A stretch of 63,667 nt of DNA, counting the filler, from Reticulomyxa filosa (Eukaryota; Protista; Foraminifera), in NCBI GenBank assembly GCA_000512085.1. It is 25 parts of 25 records of this genome, joined end to end, with 100 filler letters (N's around TTAATTAATTAA, not from the genome) between each part and the next. Parts side by side here need not be neighbours in the genome. Positions count along the whole stretch, not along the records: positions 23,900 to 26,208 come from ASPP01023054.1; positions 26,309 to 28,961 come from ASPP01023952.1; positions 29,062 to 30,926 come from ASPP01021024.1; positions 31,027 to 32,193 come from ASPP01009268.1; positions 32,294 to 38,262 come from ASPP01011080.1; 20 more parts are not named here. One strand, written 5' to 3'. Numbering within the stretch: the first letter of the stretch is position 1; each line of letters opens with the position of its first letter. The position numbers and the translations under genes were made by a program. Under the pieces are notes generated by a model. It did not search any database and was not told the origin of the DNA. It saw only the letters and a list, made by a program, of their open reading frames with translations. This document shows positions 23,926-35,585 of this stretch, in pieces.

Positions 23926-26121
23926 TTAAAGAGTACGTGAGTGTTTTTCAGACTCAAGAATATAAAGTTTGCCGAGTGTTTCAGCCATCTCTTGCATTTG
24001 TTCCTTCTTCAGAGGCTCAACATATTTGCAGCCATTCCACCCATATTTGGCCAACAATTGTGACACTTTTCTCTTCCATTCCCTGTCCAACAATTGGGCT
24101 AACATGTGGCTTGTATTGGCGGTGCAGTCATGAGAAACATTAGACCATTCTTTAAACTTTTGTGAAACTTTGTACAAGTACATGACCAAATCCCAACTGG
24201 GGGAGTCATCACGTTTGAGACGAAAGTCAATTTTGACTCCATCTAATTTGCTGACATCCAGCTCCAAGTCTACGTTCACTTCAACGTAAGTTCCGTCCGG
24301 CAGTCGCCTTCTCTTCTGTCCGTTGTTTTCACAAATGCTTATTTCCTTGGCATTGTTCATTTGTGACCAAGCAAGGTTTTTATTTCGCAATGCATCCAAC
24401 AGGTCGTCGGATGGACTGCTGCTGCGATGGGGACGTATACCACCATATCCAGTTTCCTTGTCCAGGCCATTGCCATTGCCACTGGTACTATTGAAAGTGG
24501 CGTTCAAATTCGAGTTGGAGTTTGTGTTTATATTTGCATTTAAATTTGAATTTGAATTTGAATTTGAGTTTAAGTTTAAGTTTAAGTTTAAGTTTGAGTT
24601 TAAATTTGAATTTGGGTTTAAGTTTACATTTAAACCTGTGTTTATATTTGAGTTTGAGTTTGGTATAAATTTGATTTCTCCATTGGTCATATTTGTATCA
24701 TTGATGCCATTGGTACCGCCATGCATGCCATTGGTGTCATTGGCGTGGACAGGAGGAGCCGGGTCCTTTTCGGTGACTTTTTTGGCACTCCATTTTTGAT
24801 GGTTGAGTTCGTTTTGTATTTGATGTCGTGCAAATTCGTGCTTCTTGGGCCGCTTGCCGTCCACGGTCGGCGTGTAGCGCTCGAACAGAAAGTGTGGCAA
24901 TTGCGTGCAGTTCAGCAGCTCGACAATGCAATGACAGCCATCTTTGTGTCCATCTTGGATTTTGCTCAGAAACGAACAGCAGGCGGCACTGAACATCAAT
25001 CCTTGCAGCGACGGCGATATCACTTCGAAGCCGATCACAAACGCCTTGCAGCTGTAGTCGTTCTTCAACGCGAGCAGCTTTTCGTTCGATATCTTATCGC
25101 AGCATGTCAGTTCTGTGCTGCTCACCGTGCAATGCGGCGTCTCAAATATTATTGGGTCCACCAGTGGATTCCCAAACTCGTCTGTTTCATAAAATCTCTT
25201 TTCATTGGGGTCCAGTCCATTTGGAGAGGATTTGTTCAATGTCTGCTGTTGTGCCTGTGCTTGCAATTGTGATTGTGATTGTGATTGTGATTGTGATTGT
25301 AATTGTAATTGTAATTGTGATTGTGATTGCGATTGTGATTGCAATTGCGATTGCGACTGCGACTGCTGTTGGGATTGTGATTGCGATTGTAATGGTGAGG
25401 ATGATAGCTGTGATTGTGACTGCGGTTGTGATTGCGGCGTTCCAACTCCTGTCTGTGTTTCTTCCATGTTTGATCCATTTTCTATTCCTGATGTCTGCAC
25501 ACAGTTTCAGACAAATACAATTTTTGTATACATATATATATGTATATGTATGTACAGAGTTGCAATAATAATACAAAAACAAAATACAACAAAGTACGAA
25601 CATAAAGTCCGGTAATGTGATCGACATTGGGGGCAGCCCATTTGAACTTGTTGTTTGTGATGTGTCCGGTGCGGAATCTGCGATGGGTGCCGTAGTTGTA
25701 TTTGCGGTTGCTTCGACTGCTCTTCACATACAGATAGCCCTTCCGAGACCCGGCCTTATTGGGGTCTTCCGCTTTACTGGACTGTGACCCTTCGCGACTA
25801 AGTGCGGTCTCCGCTGGGGACGTGCTCAATGTTTCCGTCACATTGTTCGATGGTTCCCACGACGGCGGAATCGACGAGTGTTTTGTGTATTCTTCCGACT
25901 CTTGCAACGGCAGTTGTTGTGCTTGTGGTTCTAATTGCTGTAGTGATAACTGCGTTTGTTGTTGTCGCTCCGACTTGCTCTGTTTTTTCTTCTTTTTCAA
26001 ACAAAGCGCTTTTTCTGTCAATGGCCATTGAATCCCAATATTGTACGGAGCAACTCGAATATTGTCTTCTTCTTCCAAATCACCCACAAACGAACGTAGC
26101 TTTGCTTCAATCAAGCCATGC
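23926..26121 (-). CDS. Probable canonical poly(A) polymerase, C-terminal half (RNA-binding domain with long insertions); exons 26121-25602 and 25494-23926
   Basis: (W)HGLIEAKLRSFVGDLE matches the PAP W-x-G-L-V-E-S-K-I-R motif. AFVIGF..FSAACCSF..LLNCTQLPHFLF matches the end of that domain. GT-AG intron 25495-25601 joins the frames. Confidence 0.6.
25261..25440 (-). repeat. Coding hexamer repeat (CAATCA)n encoding (QS)n; a second (N-S/N-L)n tract lies at about 24500-24670
   Basis: Read directly. Confidence 0.9.
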
Positions 26122-26439
26122 CTGCACCATATGTCATGTGTATGTGCACATGCAAGCATATACATACATATATATGTATATGTATATGTATATGCATATA
26201 TGTATATGNNNNNNNNNNNNNNNNNNNNNNNNNNNNNNNNNNNNNNNNNNNNTTAATTAATTAANNNNNNNNNNNNNNNNNNNNNNNNNNNNNNNNNNNN
26301 NNNNNNNNTTCTTATTTTCAATACAGGTTCAATTTATATGAACTCATTCAAAGTCATTTGAAAAAATCATATTTTTGATCAACCTAGGAAAAATTTATCA
26401 TAAAACCAATTTCATATTTAAAAACTACAAGATTAGTAG

Positions 26440-26546
26440 ATATTTTTAAAAAAAATTAGGTTTAAATCTTTATTTTTCATGGAGAAAATCGATTCTCTTC
26501 GTATAGTGCCATTTAGGTATTGCAGTTTTTTTTGCAATCTACTGTA
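26440..26546 (-). mobile_element. Tc1/mariner-pogo-like transposon terminus, copy 1 (copy 2 at 38437-38540)
   Basis: About 105 bp shared between the two contigs, ending sharply at ..TACTG|TA (reverse TA|CAGTA). Confidence 0.6.
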
Positions 26547-28200
26547 CCTAACGTCAATATTTTTTTAACTTGTAGTATAACTCTTTACTTTTGGTTCATC
26601 AAAATTCTTATTTTATTTTTTCAATTTTTTATTTAAAAAATTCATCAAAAAATATTTCTACATTTGTCTCATATTCATTTAACTGCAGCAACAAAAATGT
26701 TTTATTTATAGATTATATACAGATATCATAAACAAATAACTCACATTTTATTAATTTTATTTTTAATTTTACAAAAAATAATAATAATACAAAAAAAAAA
26801 AATATATAATATTATAATTATTTATTTATCCTCTTGACATTGATTTGAAAATTTATCAATTGATTGCTAAATAGTTTTGAATTTTGTTTAATATATCAGT
26901 AATAATGTCATATTCTTTTCATATCACATCCTTGAATTCTGTCACAATACATATTTAAGTTATTGATTGTTATTGTCCTGAACAATGATATTATATTTGA
27001 TATGATTGACATATCATCGATTATTAGATAAATCAAAAAAGGACCTTTTCGGAAGACTAAAGAAGTAACACATATTAATAGAATTTTATTTTATCTATAT
27101 TATGTTATGTTAATGTTATATTATGTTATTTGTATTATATTATCATTTAAATATTAAATCAATTTTTTTACCAAACTATGTTGATATAAACACTTGTTCT
27201 TTTCATCTGCTAAATAATCATTACACAAAAAGATCCAAGTGTCAACATTCCAAAAGCATGCAAACATATTTTGTGTAAAATACCATTGTTTTGTTCTTTA
27301 CCTTACAATCTTCTAATAATTTTGTTTCATCCAACAATTTTTACAAATAGTACAAGATCGCATTGAACAACCATAATTTATTTTCGTTAAAGTCAGTTTG
27401 AACTGACAACTCGTGAGCTAACACTTCGTCGATCAATTGCCAAGACAAGTCATTAATTTGCTTTCCTCAGCAAGGTCAACACGTCTTTTTGCAATGCGGA
27501 TACATTTTGAGCCTTCTTTTATCTGTGTGTTTATCATTTCTTAAAATCGAAAAGTTTTTTAAAAACACACTACCTTTTTTTAAAAAAACTAGCTAAACAT
27601 AAGACAATTACGACAATTTTTCAATAATTTGAAAAAATGTCTAATTTCATATTTTTCACCCGTTTTTCGTCATGTGCCAGTCAATACGTGATTTTTTATA
27701 ATGTTGTCGATGCACTTGACCGTTGTTGGCCACACGAACACGTTTTTTGTTTTACGGAAGGTCTAAGTACATTGAAAAGAAAAAGTAGTGGTTAGTTTTG
27801 TCTAAATTGATTCAGCTCATGAAATTATGACAAGAAAAACAAGAGCAACTAACAAGAATAAAAAATTTATCCAACAGATATCATTTACTTCAACCAGAAA
27901 AAAATGTTGAATGCAATAGCAAGTAACAATGTGCAGGGAAAAAAAAAAGCACAAAAAGCGAATCATTCAAAAGTATCAAGTTGAATGTAATTCGGAGAGA
28001 AGAAAAAAAAAAATTAAAAAATGAAAACAAGCAGATAAAGAAAGAAAAGGAAAACTAAACAACTTGTTTCATCTTGACTTAAAAACGAAGTACAGACATA
28101 ACAAAATTAAGATTTTAAAAAATTAAAAAAAATTAAATTGTGATTGCCAAAATTTACAAATGAAAATAGTGGAGAGAGAAATAAAACATATTTTGTTTAC

Positions 28201-28961
28201 CTTCTGGTGAAGACATTAGACCAAAAGGATTTCTTTTGCAATTTACGTTCTGCTTCTTCTTTTAGCTTTAGCATCTCTTCTTCCATTTGTCCATTTTGGT
28301 CATAGGCTGGTACCGAAGATCCACGCGATATTCTTGGAGATCGTGGCGAGGTGACGTTGCGTGGCTATTTATTTTTTTCACATAATACATATATGAAATA
28401 GTGTATCCATACGAATCTAGTCAAAAAAGATGACACAAGTGAACACGAATACACATTAGGCAGATGTATACAAAACTTTGACCAATTCCAAGCGAATAGG
28501 GAGTGATTCATGATCGAGAGTGGCTACAATGTCATGACAAGGCATTCCAATAACATCTTTGCCATTGATCGAAACGACCATGGATCCTTCGAACAACTCA
28601 AAAGGTACATTAGGTTCAATAGCACAAATGTAGGCATTGATAGAGTTTTCGGCGGTGGGATCTTTCTTGTCAGTTTTGGCGTTGCTCTCATCTTCGTTGG
28701 TCGAGTGGACATGGCCGTCGTCCGCCACTTTAATGTCGGTAGTGTTGTCATCCTCCAAGTGGTGTTTGTGATGTTGTTGCAGTGAATGCGGTTGATGTTG
28801 CTGTTGTTGCGATGGGGCATTGATGGTATAGCTGCCGCTGCTTATGCTAGTGGAGCTCATGGGCCGCACGTCCTCTCCCATGACAAAGCCCACGGAAAAT
28901 GAGGACCAAGACAAAGAAGAGGAGGTAGTGGAAGGAGGAGGATTGTTGTTGTTGTTGTTGT
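28201..28961 (-). CDS. PDZ-like domain protein, partial (intron 28365-28476)
   Basis: AYICAIEPN..LFEGSMVVSINGKDVIGMPCHDIVATL..PIRLELVK; the intron joins in frame to PRNVTSPR.. Confidence 0.6.
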
Positions 28962-29878
28962 NNNNNNNNNNNNNNNNNNNNNNNNNNNNNNNNNNNNNNN
29001 NNNNNTTAATTAATTAANNNNNNNNNNNNNNNNNNNNNNNNNNNNNNNNNNNNNNNNNNNNTATATAAATATAAATATATAAAGGCACAACTCTTGATAC
29101 ATCAATGTTTCCTCCAAATGGTTTTGAAAAGACTGTGCTGATGCAAGGTTTGATTTAACAATGACTTTTACACACAATCGTTTTTTCCAGTCATATTTTT
29201 CTTTTTTTTTTTTTAGAGAATAAGGAAATTTCAGGGTCAAAATGTACACATACAAATATACGTTTTTTTTGTTTGAAGATAAGTTTCTTAGTGGGACAAG
29301 GGAGAGAGGTCCCAAACGGAATGTCGAAACAAAAAAAACATAAAAGTTATATATTTATAACTATTCTTACATTAAAAACAAACAATAGTCACAAAAGTCA
29401 ACTATATCACTCCAAAAGCGAGATATGTACGCGGATATTTTTATGTGCATGTTTTTCTAAACGATATTTGGCACATGCCTCACTTTTAGATCATCATTTT
29501 TTATCAACGAATTCTCTTTCTTTCTAATGGCTCTCTGCATCTTTGTCAGGTACGTTTGTTAAGTGTTTCTTTTTTTTTTTTGAACTTGAAAGATAAGCTA
29601 CCTATATATGTGTATATCATCGTGCAATATAAATAAAATAAATACATTAGAATTCTCTTTCAATGGAGTAAACATATTGTGAACTGACTGGGAAAATGAT
29701 GAATTAATGACGATGGTGGTTCTGCTAACAATATCAAGTAGCAAATGCGGAGAAAAGAAGGACATAAAGATTAACGAACCAAAACAAAGTTATTCGAGTA
29801 ATTACCGGAATTTTAACAACATCAATTCATATAATAATTACAACTCAAATCAAAATGTGAACAACAATAACAATAAAG

Positions 29879-29915
<37 letters not shown>

Positions 29916-29989
29916 ATGGACCACAAATTCATGCGCTGCGAATGACAAATTGCAAAACAGTGAAATAGTTCATCTGGAGATTGTACAAT

Positions 29990-30230
29990 ATATGACACAA
30001 AAGGGTAAAGAATGTTTGGAATGTGCAAGCGGAAAATACACATACAAAGTGTGTTCATTTGACAAAGTGATTCAAAATGAGAACTGGCATTGTTTGGACT
30101 TTGGGAATATTTGAAAAGTAAGACATATGTATGGATTTGAATCAAAAGACACTTTGGTTAAAGTATACAGATGAGTATTATTGCGGAGTTGGTTTGCTAC
30201 GTTCTGTCAACATATTATTTAAATGTAGTA
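29990..30230 (+). pseudogene. MRH domain (glucosidase II beta/PRKCSH or OS-9 type) remnant
   Basis: ECL....KYTYKVCSFDKVIQ....FG / LKYTD.YYCG...RSVNILFKC with a stop and a frameshift. Confidence 0.7.
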
Positions 30231-31026
30231 GCCTTGCGATGAGCAAATTCATAAAAAAATGTCCGAAAAAATTATTTCTTAGAGATACAATATTGATAAC
30301 AAGTTTTTCATTTGAATGTTTGAAAATTTGGAAAATATTGAAATAGTAAAATTTTAAAAATATCAACCAATGGAAAAAGTAATAAATTGTTAAAACAAAA
30401 GGAGAGCCCAAACCAAGTTTTTTTTTTACAAAAGTTCATCATAACTTGCCAGTGAATAAAAATGCCTCGTTGATTCGAACGAGTATCTTTATTCCTAACT
30501 CACAGTTTGTGACTGTGAAGGCAACCAACTTGAGATGCTGTTCAAACGAACGGTCTCGTGTACTGACAGTCGATCGAGCAACACACAACCAGAGCAATAT
30601 TTTCACGCAAATTGCATAACATTTCTTTGAGTTCTTTCTGTCAACGTTCTTTTTCACTCTTGGACAATATCTTGATTTTTTAATACTTGCTGGTACGTAA
30701 GCTCTTGCTTTTTGCAAGCAATCAACAAATGTGCATGTCAATGGCGCTCTAAACAATCAGAACTCTTTCAGAACCTTTGAATATTTGAGCCAATGTCTTT
30801 ACGTCTGTGTTTTCAACGAGTTATTTGAGTTGGCCTGTCCACCAGGCAATGCGGCAGCTGAATGCATTTGTTTCTTCATTGTGCTCCAATGCTTGCATTC
30901 TAAACACAAATAATTTGAATTTGTTTNNNNNNNNNNNNNNNNNNNNNNNNNNNNNNNNNNNNNNNNNNNNTTAATTAATTAANNNNNNNNNNNNNNNNNN
31001 NNNNNNNNNNNNNNNNNNNNNNNNNN

Positions 31027-31571
31027 GCGAGGCGATAGTCGTAGCTTGCCCAACTTGCCTCGTTGGTGAGCAGGAAGGGATTGAAGCGCCAAGCACCGGC
31101 TTTTTCCTGGACGATAACCTTTTCTTCGCTCAGCGAGTCGATCACGGCGCGCGCGAGACGCGCGCTAACTTCGTAGTGCGCGGTCAGATCGTGCTCGGAA
31201 AAGGGGGTGGGTAAGGATCCATTGAGATAGTCCAGTGCCACTCTTTCGAACAGAGCATCCTCGTCGAACGTGGGGAACTCGAAGCTGGCAGCGAACAGCG
31301 CTTGTGCTGGGCGCTTGAGGAAATAGCCACGCCGGGCGATTTTTTCGACGATGCCTTCGGCGTGAAGTTGAACGAGCGCCTTGCGTACTGGAGTGCGCGA
31401 AACATTGAGCGCATCCGCCAGGGCTTGCTCCGTCAAATGCGCACCGATCGGAAGGTCGTTGGCGACGATGTAATTCAAGAGACGGCGAACGATCGGACCC
31501 TGACCGCTGTCTAGAGCTGGTCGGTCGCGGTCGCCATTTTGCCTCGTCGGCAAATGACTGCGCTCAATCAT
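31027..31571 (-). CDS. Bacterial GntR-family regulator with two tandem winged-HTH domains, 3'-truncated
   Basis: HLTEQALADALNVSRTPVRKAL and a second PFSEHDLTAHYEVSARLARAVI; GC-rich, intronless. Confidence 0.9.
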
Positions 31572-31612
31572 CGGAGTTCGTGAGTGTGGTAATTGTCCGT
31601 CGAAGCTTCTGT

Positions 31613-31641
31613 ATTGTATCCCATCTCTACCTCAATACAAT
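31613..31641. promoter_or_regulatory. Candidate operator 1: ATTGTAT-N15-ATACAAT
   Basis: Perfect 7-bp inverted repeat in the divergent intergenic region. Confidence 0.65.
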
Positions 31642-31762
31642 ATTCCGACATTCGAACTGAAATGTCTCCCCCATGAACCTCGGGGCAACACTGTCGTAGG
31701 CAGGCTTTGTTCTGCAGAAATGGCAAGCCCTACGTGCTCTTTATCCGAGCACTTCCGTGTCG

Positions 31763-31791
31763 ATTGTACCCATTCGATGATTTGGTACAAT
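31763..31791. promoter_or_regulatory. Candidate operator 2: ATTGTAC-N15-GTACAAT
   Basis: Perfect 7-bp inverted repeat with the same spacing as operator 1. Confidence 0.65.
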
Positions 31792-31837
31792 TCTTGCGAC
31801 CCGTGCGTTACCCTCTAAGGACCAGACGCCGGCCGAC

Positions 31838-32193
31838 ATGATGAACCTTGTCTCCATCCTCAACACGACCGGTGGCCATCTCGGCGGCTGGCGGCACCCG
31901 AGCTCGTACTCCCAAACAGCGATGAATCTCGACTGCGTTATCGAGTTGGCCCAGCTCGCCGAACGCGGAAAGTTTGACGCGGTCTTCCTCGCCGACGGCA
32001 ACGCGGTGCGCGACATGCAACCGCCGGCGCTGTTCGCAGCCAACCATCCCTTCGGCGCGTCCGGTGGGGTTCGAGCCAACGACCGTGCTCTCGGCGGTGG
32101 CCGTGCTGACCAAGAAGATCGGCGTCGTCGCCACCGCGACCACGACCTACGACGAGCCCTGGTCGGTGGCCCGGCGGTTTGCCTCGCTCGATC
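31838..32193 (+). CDS. Bacterial LLM-class FMN-dependent monooxygenase (NtaA/SnaA/DszA family), N-terminal part; +1 frameshift near 32051
   Basis: GHLGGWRHP..LAQLAERGKFDAVFLADG / FEPTTVLSAVAVLTKKIGVVATATTTYDEPWSVARRFASLD. Confidence 0.92.
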
Positions 32194-32581
32194 NNNNNNN
32201 NNNNNNNNNNNNNNNNNNNNNNNNNNNNNNNNNNNNNTTAATTAATTAANNNNNNNNNNNNNNNNNNNNNNNNNNNNNNNNNNNNNNNNNNNNCGAAGCG
32301 GACCTTTTTTTTTTTTTTTTTTTGATATTGTAGTTGATTTGTGAAGACAAAAATGTCATTGAAATTAAACAAAAGCAAAATATCCAAAGTCTCTCTTAAC
32401 TCATATTATTTGCTTCAAATATCGTATTGAGGGAATAAATTAACGAATTTGGAATAGGTTGATAAAGCAGTAGTGGGTACAACCCACGCAATTCTAATCT
32501 ATGTTTTTCGGAGAGAAGCCCATACGCTGCAGCAAATACAAAAAAGCCTACATATGACACAAATTTGAACGTGTTAAATGT

Positions 32582-33202
32582 TCACGAACGGATACGTACG
32601 TATACATAACACATGTGTTTTCTTTCCTCTCTCGTTTCTTGTTCCTTTTTTTTTTTTTTTTTTTTGTTAATTTTAAACATACTTCTGAGAAAACGTATGG
32701 GCAGCTCGGAAGTGTGCCAAGTGTCCACGCGAAAGTCAATTTTTTTGCCATCATAAAGGATCAAAAAAAGTAATCCGCCGATTTGGACAAGGGCAGTCAT
32801 AAGTGCTAACATAAGAGACGTCCATGGCGCTTTGTGATTGTTAAACGCACTTATCACTGCTAAACATTGATAGACATCCAACCCTTCCAAATCCAAACTG
32901 TTTTCTTTTATTTGATCAATGGCTCGCTCTAAGTGGTTTTTTATCCAGCCTTCTCTTGCCTTTTCTAATCGCTCTTCCATTGTCATGTTTGTTATGGCCA
33001 TTTCACACATCATTCCCTCCTCATTGTCCCCTTCACGCGTCGCCAATTGTGCTTTCAAGTAGTTAACCTCGTTGCTGAGTGCTGATAGTTGCTTTTGCAA
33101 AGATGCTAACGTCACAGAAGGAGTATCAACTTCACTGCTTGCAACATTTACGGTGTTTTGAAATTGACTTTGAAGTAAATTTGTTTGCAAGTCCTCAGAC
33201 AT
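32582..33202 (-). CDS. Hypothetical membrane protein (coiled-coil N-terminus + TM helix), first exon; continues past an intron
   Basis: 206-aa ORF; LASLQKQLSALSNEVNYLKAQL and a hydrophobic SLMLALMTALVQIGGLLFLIL. Confidence 0.6.
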   Translation of the reverse strand: MSEDLQTNLLQSQFQNTVNVASSEVDTPSVTLASLQKQLSALSNEVNYLKAQLATREGDNEEGMMCEMAITNMTMEERLEKAREGWIKNHLERAIDQIKENSLDLEGLDVYQCLAVISAFNNHKAPWTSLMLALMTALVQIGGLLFLILYDGKKIDFRVDTWHTSELPIRFLRSMFKINKKKKKKKEQETREERKHMCYVYVRIRS

Positions 33203-33663
33203 GTTGTGATGATTTGTTATAATAGTCCCTTCCTGTTTCTTTATATTACTTCAACACACTTGCGAAAATTGACATTACACGACAGAGAGGTCATTATTTT
33301 TTCCTATTCCAATTGCTACTGCTACAATAAAGCAGAAGAACAATACTATTGTTTCGATGGCAATGTAATTGAAAAATCTTTCATGAAATGTTCAATAGTA
33401 TCGAATAATATTTGTTTTACAGTCATAAAAGCTTGCGTTTAAACCAAATGTTTGCAATGGACAAGTGATAAAATTGAAAGAATACCAGTCTAACGAACTG
33501 CGTCTAGCCCCAAGGGTTTTCAGGCCAAAAAAATGCTGTTTCATACAAAACTCACTACCCTTTTGTTGTTAAATTGTTGTCGTCTTTCTTGGTCTGAATT
33601 GGAAATTATTGTGCTGTTACGAGACCATTTGCTTTTGAATTTTGCAGTGCACGTTCTACAATA

Positions 33664-35059
33664 ATGACATCAATAACCGAAAAAGAAAAAGTAGAGATAG
33701 CTCAAGAAGAAAACAAAGAGGCAAAAGAAAAATCGACCGGATCACCTTCAAAACCGGTGAACAAAGTCATTTTAAAATCTTTTGCCGCACATACCCAAAG
33801 GGAAGGTGCTGGATTTATTGTAAACCGTCCTATCGGTTTCTCTAGAAATTTGAGTGATAAGGAAGCAGACCCATTTCTATTGTTGGACGAATTGGGGTAT
33901 GTTTTACATTGCAAAAAAAAAAAGGAGTTTTAAATAGCTCACTCCTGCAATATGATTTTTTTGGTGATGTCATCATAGCCCCAAACACTATGAAAAAGGT
34001 GAATTTGAAGGTGCACCATGGCATCCCCATCGAGGCTTTGATACTGTCATGTATTTGAAAGAGTTAAGTGCTTGCTTTTTTTTTATTTTTTAACTAGTCG
34101 CGTTATAATGAAAACAATTATCAAAAAATTTTTAAAAAACAGAGGTTATGGAACGCATCAAGACTCAATGTATGTCAAAGAAACGTCTTTTGTATCATTC
34201 TTTTTTTTTTTTGTGTATTTGTTTATGATTGGTTTTGTTTGGACTTTTTTTTGGAATAATCTCAGCGCATATAAAAAAAAAAAGGGGGAATAAAGGAACT
34301 TTGGGACCAGGTGATTGTCAATGGATGACTGCTGGAAAGGGAATAATCCACGACGAAGGAAGAGACCACCCAGGAGGGATGTTGCATGGATTCCAACTGT
34401 GGGTGAATTTGCCGAAAAGCCAAAAAATGTGTGATCCCAAATATCAAACCATTACGGCAAAAAATTTTGCTTTTGTGGAAGTAAACAAAGGCGTTAAAGT
34501 CAAAGCTATTGCTGGTAGTGTTTCCAACATGAGTGGAAATGACAAAGCGTTGGTGACATCACCTATTAAACCAATTCAACCTATCAACTATTTTGACTAC
34601 TCGTTGGAACCAAATAGCTCCTTTGTACACACAATTTCACAAGCAGAGGAATTAACGACGGTCATTGTCTATGTCTACAATGGAAAAGGTCATTTTGCTG
34701 ATGGAGGAATCAGTGGAAGTGATTCTGAAACAGATAAAGAAAAAAAATGGGTGTCTGTATCGCGTAAACAAACTTTGTATCTCGGCAAAGGTGATTCTAT
34801 TGAGTTCAAGAGTGCTGAAAAAGAAAAACTCGAGTTTTTGTTGCTCGTTGGAAAACCGACAAAAGAGGTTGGTTTTTTTGCAACATTTGCGTAAGTTGAA
34901 ATTGTTTAACTAATAAAAAACGTTGGTTGTATTTTTTTTTAGCCTATAGCCCGACATGGACCATTTGTAATGAACACTGAAAAAGAACTCGCACAAGCTT
35001 TTGACGATTATCGTTCAGGAAAACTTGCCACTATCAAAGGAGAAAACCTTATTTTTTGA
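33664..35059 (+). CDS. PIR: Pirin (iron-binding bicupin), complete, 5 exons
   Basis: Splicing gives EGAGF..DPFLLLDELG..WHPHRGFDTV..QWMTAGKGIIHDE..GFQLWVNLP..EPIARHGPFVMN; metal ligands H,H,H,E are intact. Confidence 0.95.
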
Positions 35060-35585
35060 TTTGACTAGTTGTCTTTTTTTTTAATATTTGTTGGTGTCGT
35101 TTTTATAATTTACTCAGCTATGTTTTGTTCTAGTAAAGCATCATTCTTGGCATTGATCTCTCGTATCTTTAAGCAACAAAACAATCTGGTAACAACTTTA
35201 AGAAACAGTTCATACTGTGACTACCCCTATGCAAAAATAAGAACAGTTGACGGTTTAAATTTTTGAAGATAAAAAACAAGTGGAACCTTTTGCAACTTTG
35301 AAAGAAAGACAGTAATTTTTTAGTTTACTCCTTGCAAAAGGATAGTCTTCGAATTGCTACGTAAATTATCGGACTCATTGTTGTAGTCAGTTATCTGAAA
35401 CAACAAGTATCAGCAATTTCGAAATTTTTTTAATTTAATGAATAGAAAATGAACGAAGGCAGGACAAACAAATCGAAACTAAAACCATTGAAAAATTGAC
35501 AGATTTTCACGCAACAAAGGGAATAACTTCCACACAACTCAAATAACATTTCAAAATAAGAAAAAAGCATAACGTCTGGGATGCA

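Noticed and set aside
24323-25627. Overlapping ORFs with (FE/FK)n, (IV)n, (CD)n, (IT)n and (NH)n repeats
   Set aside because: Shadow frames of hexamer repeats in the real minus-strand gene
26850-27540. Cys-rich minus-strand coding-like remnant
   Set aside because: Too degraded to assign a family
30927-32293. Horizontal transfer of a bacterial operon next to pirin or other host genes
   Set aside because: Spacers on both sides; no physical linkage
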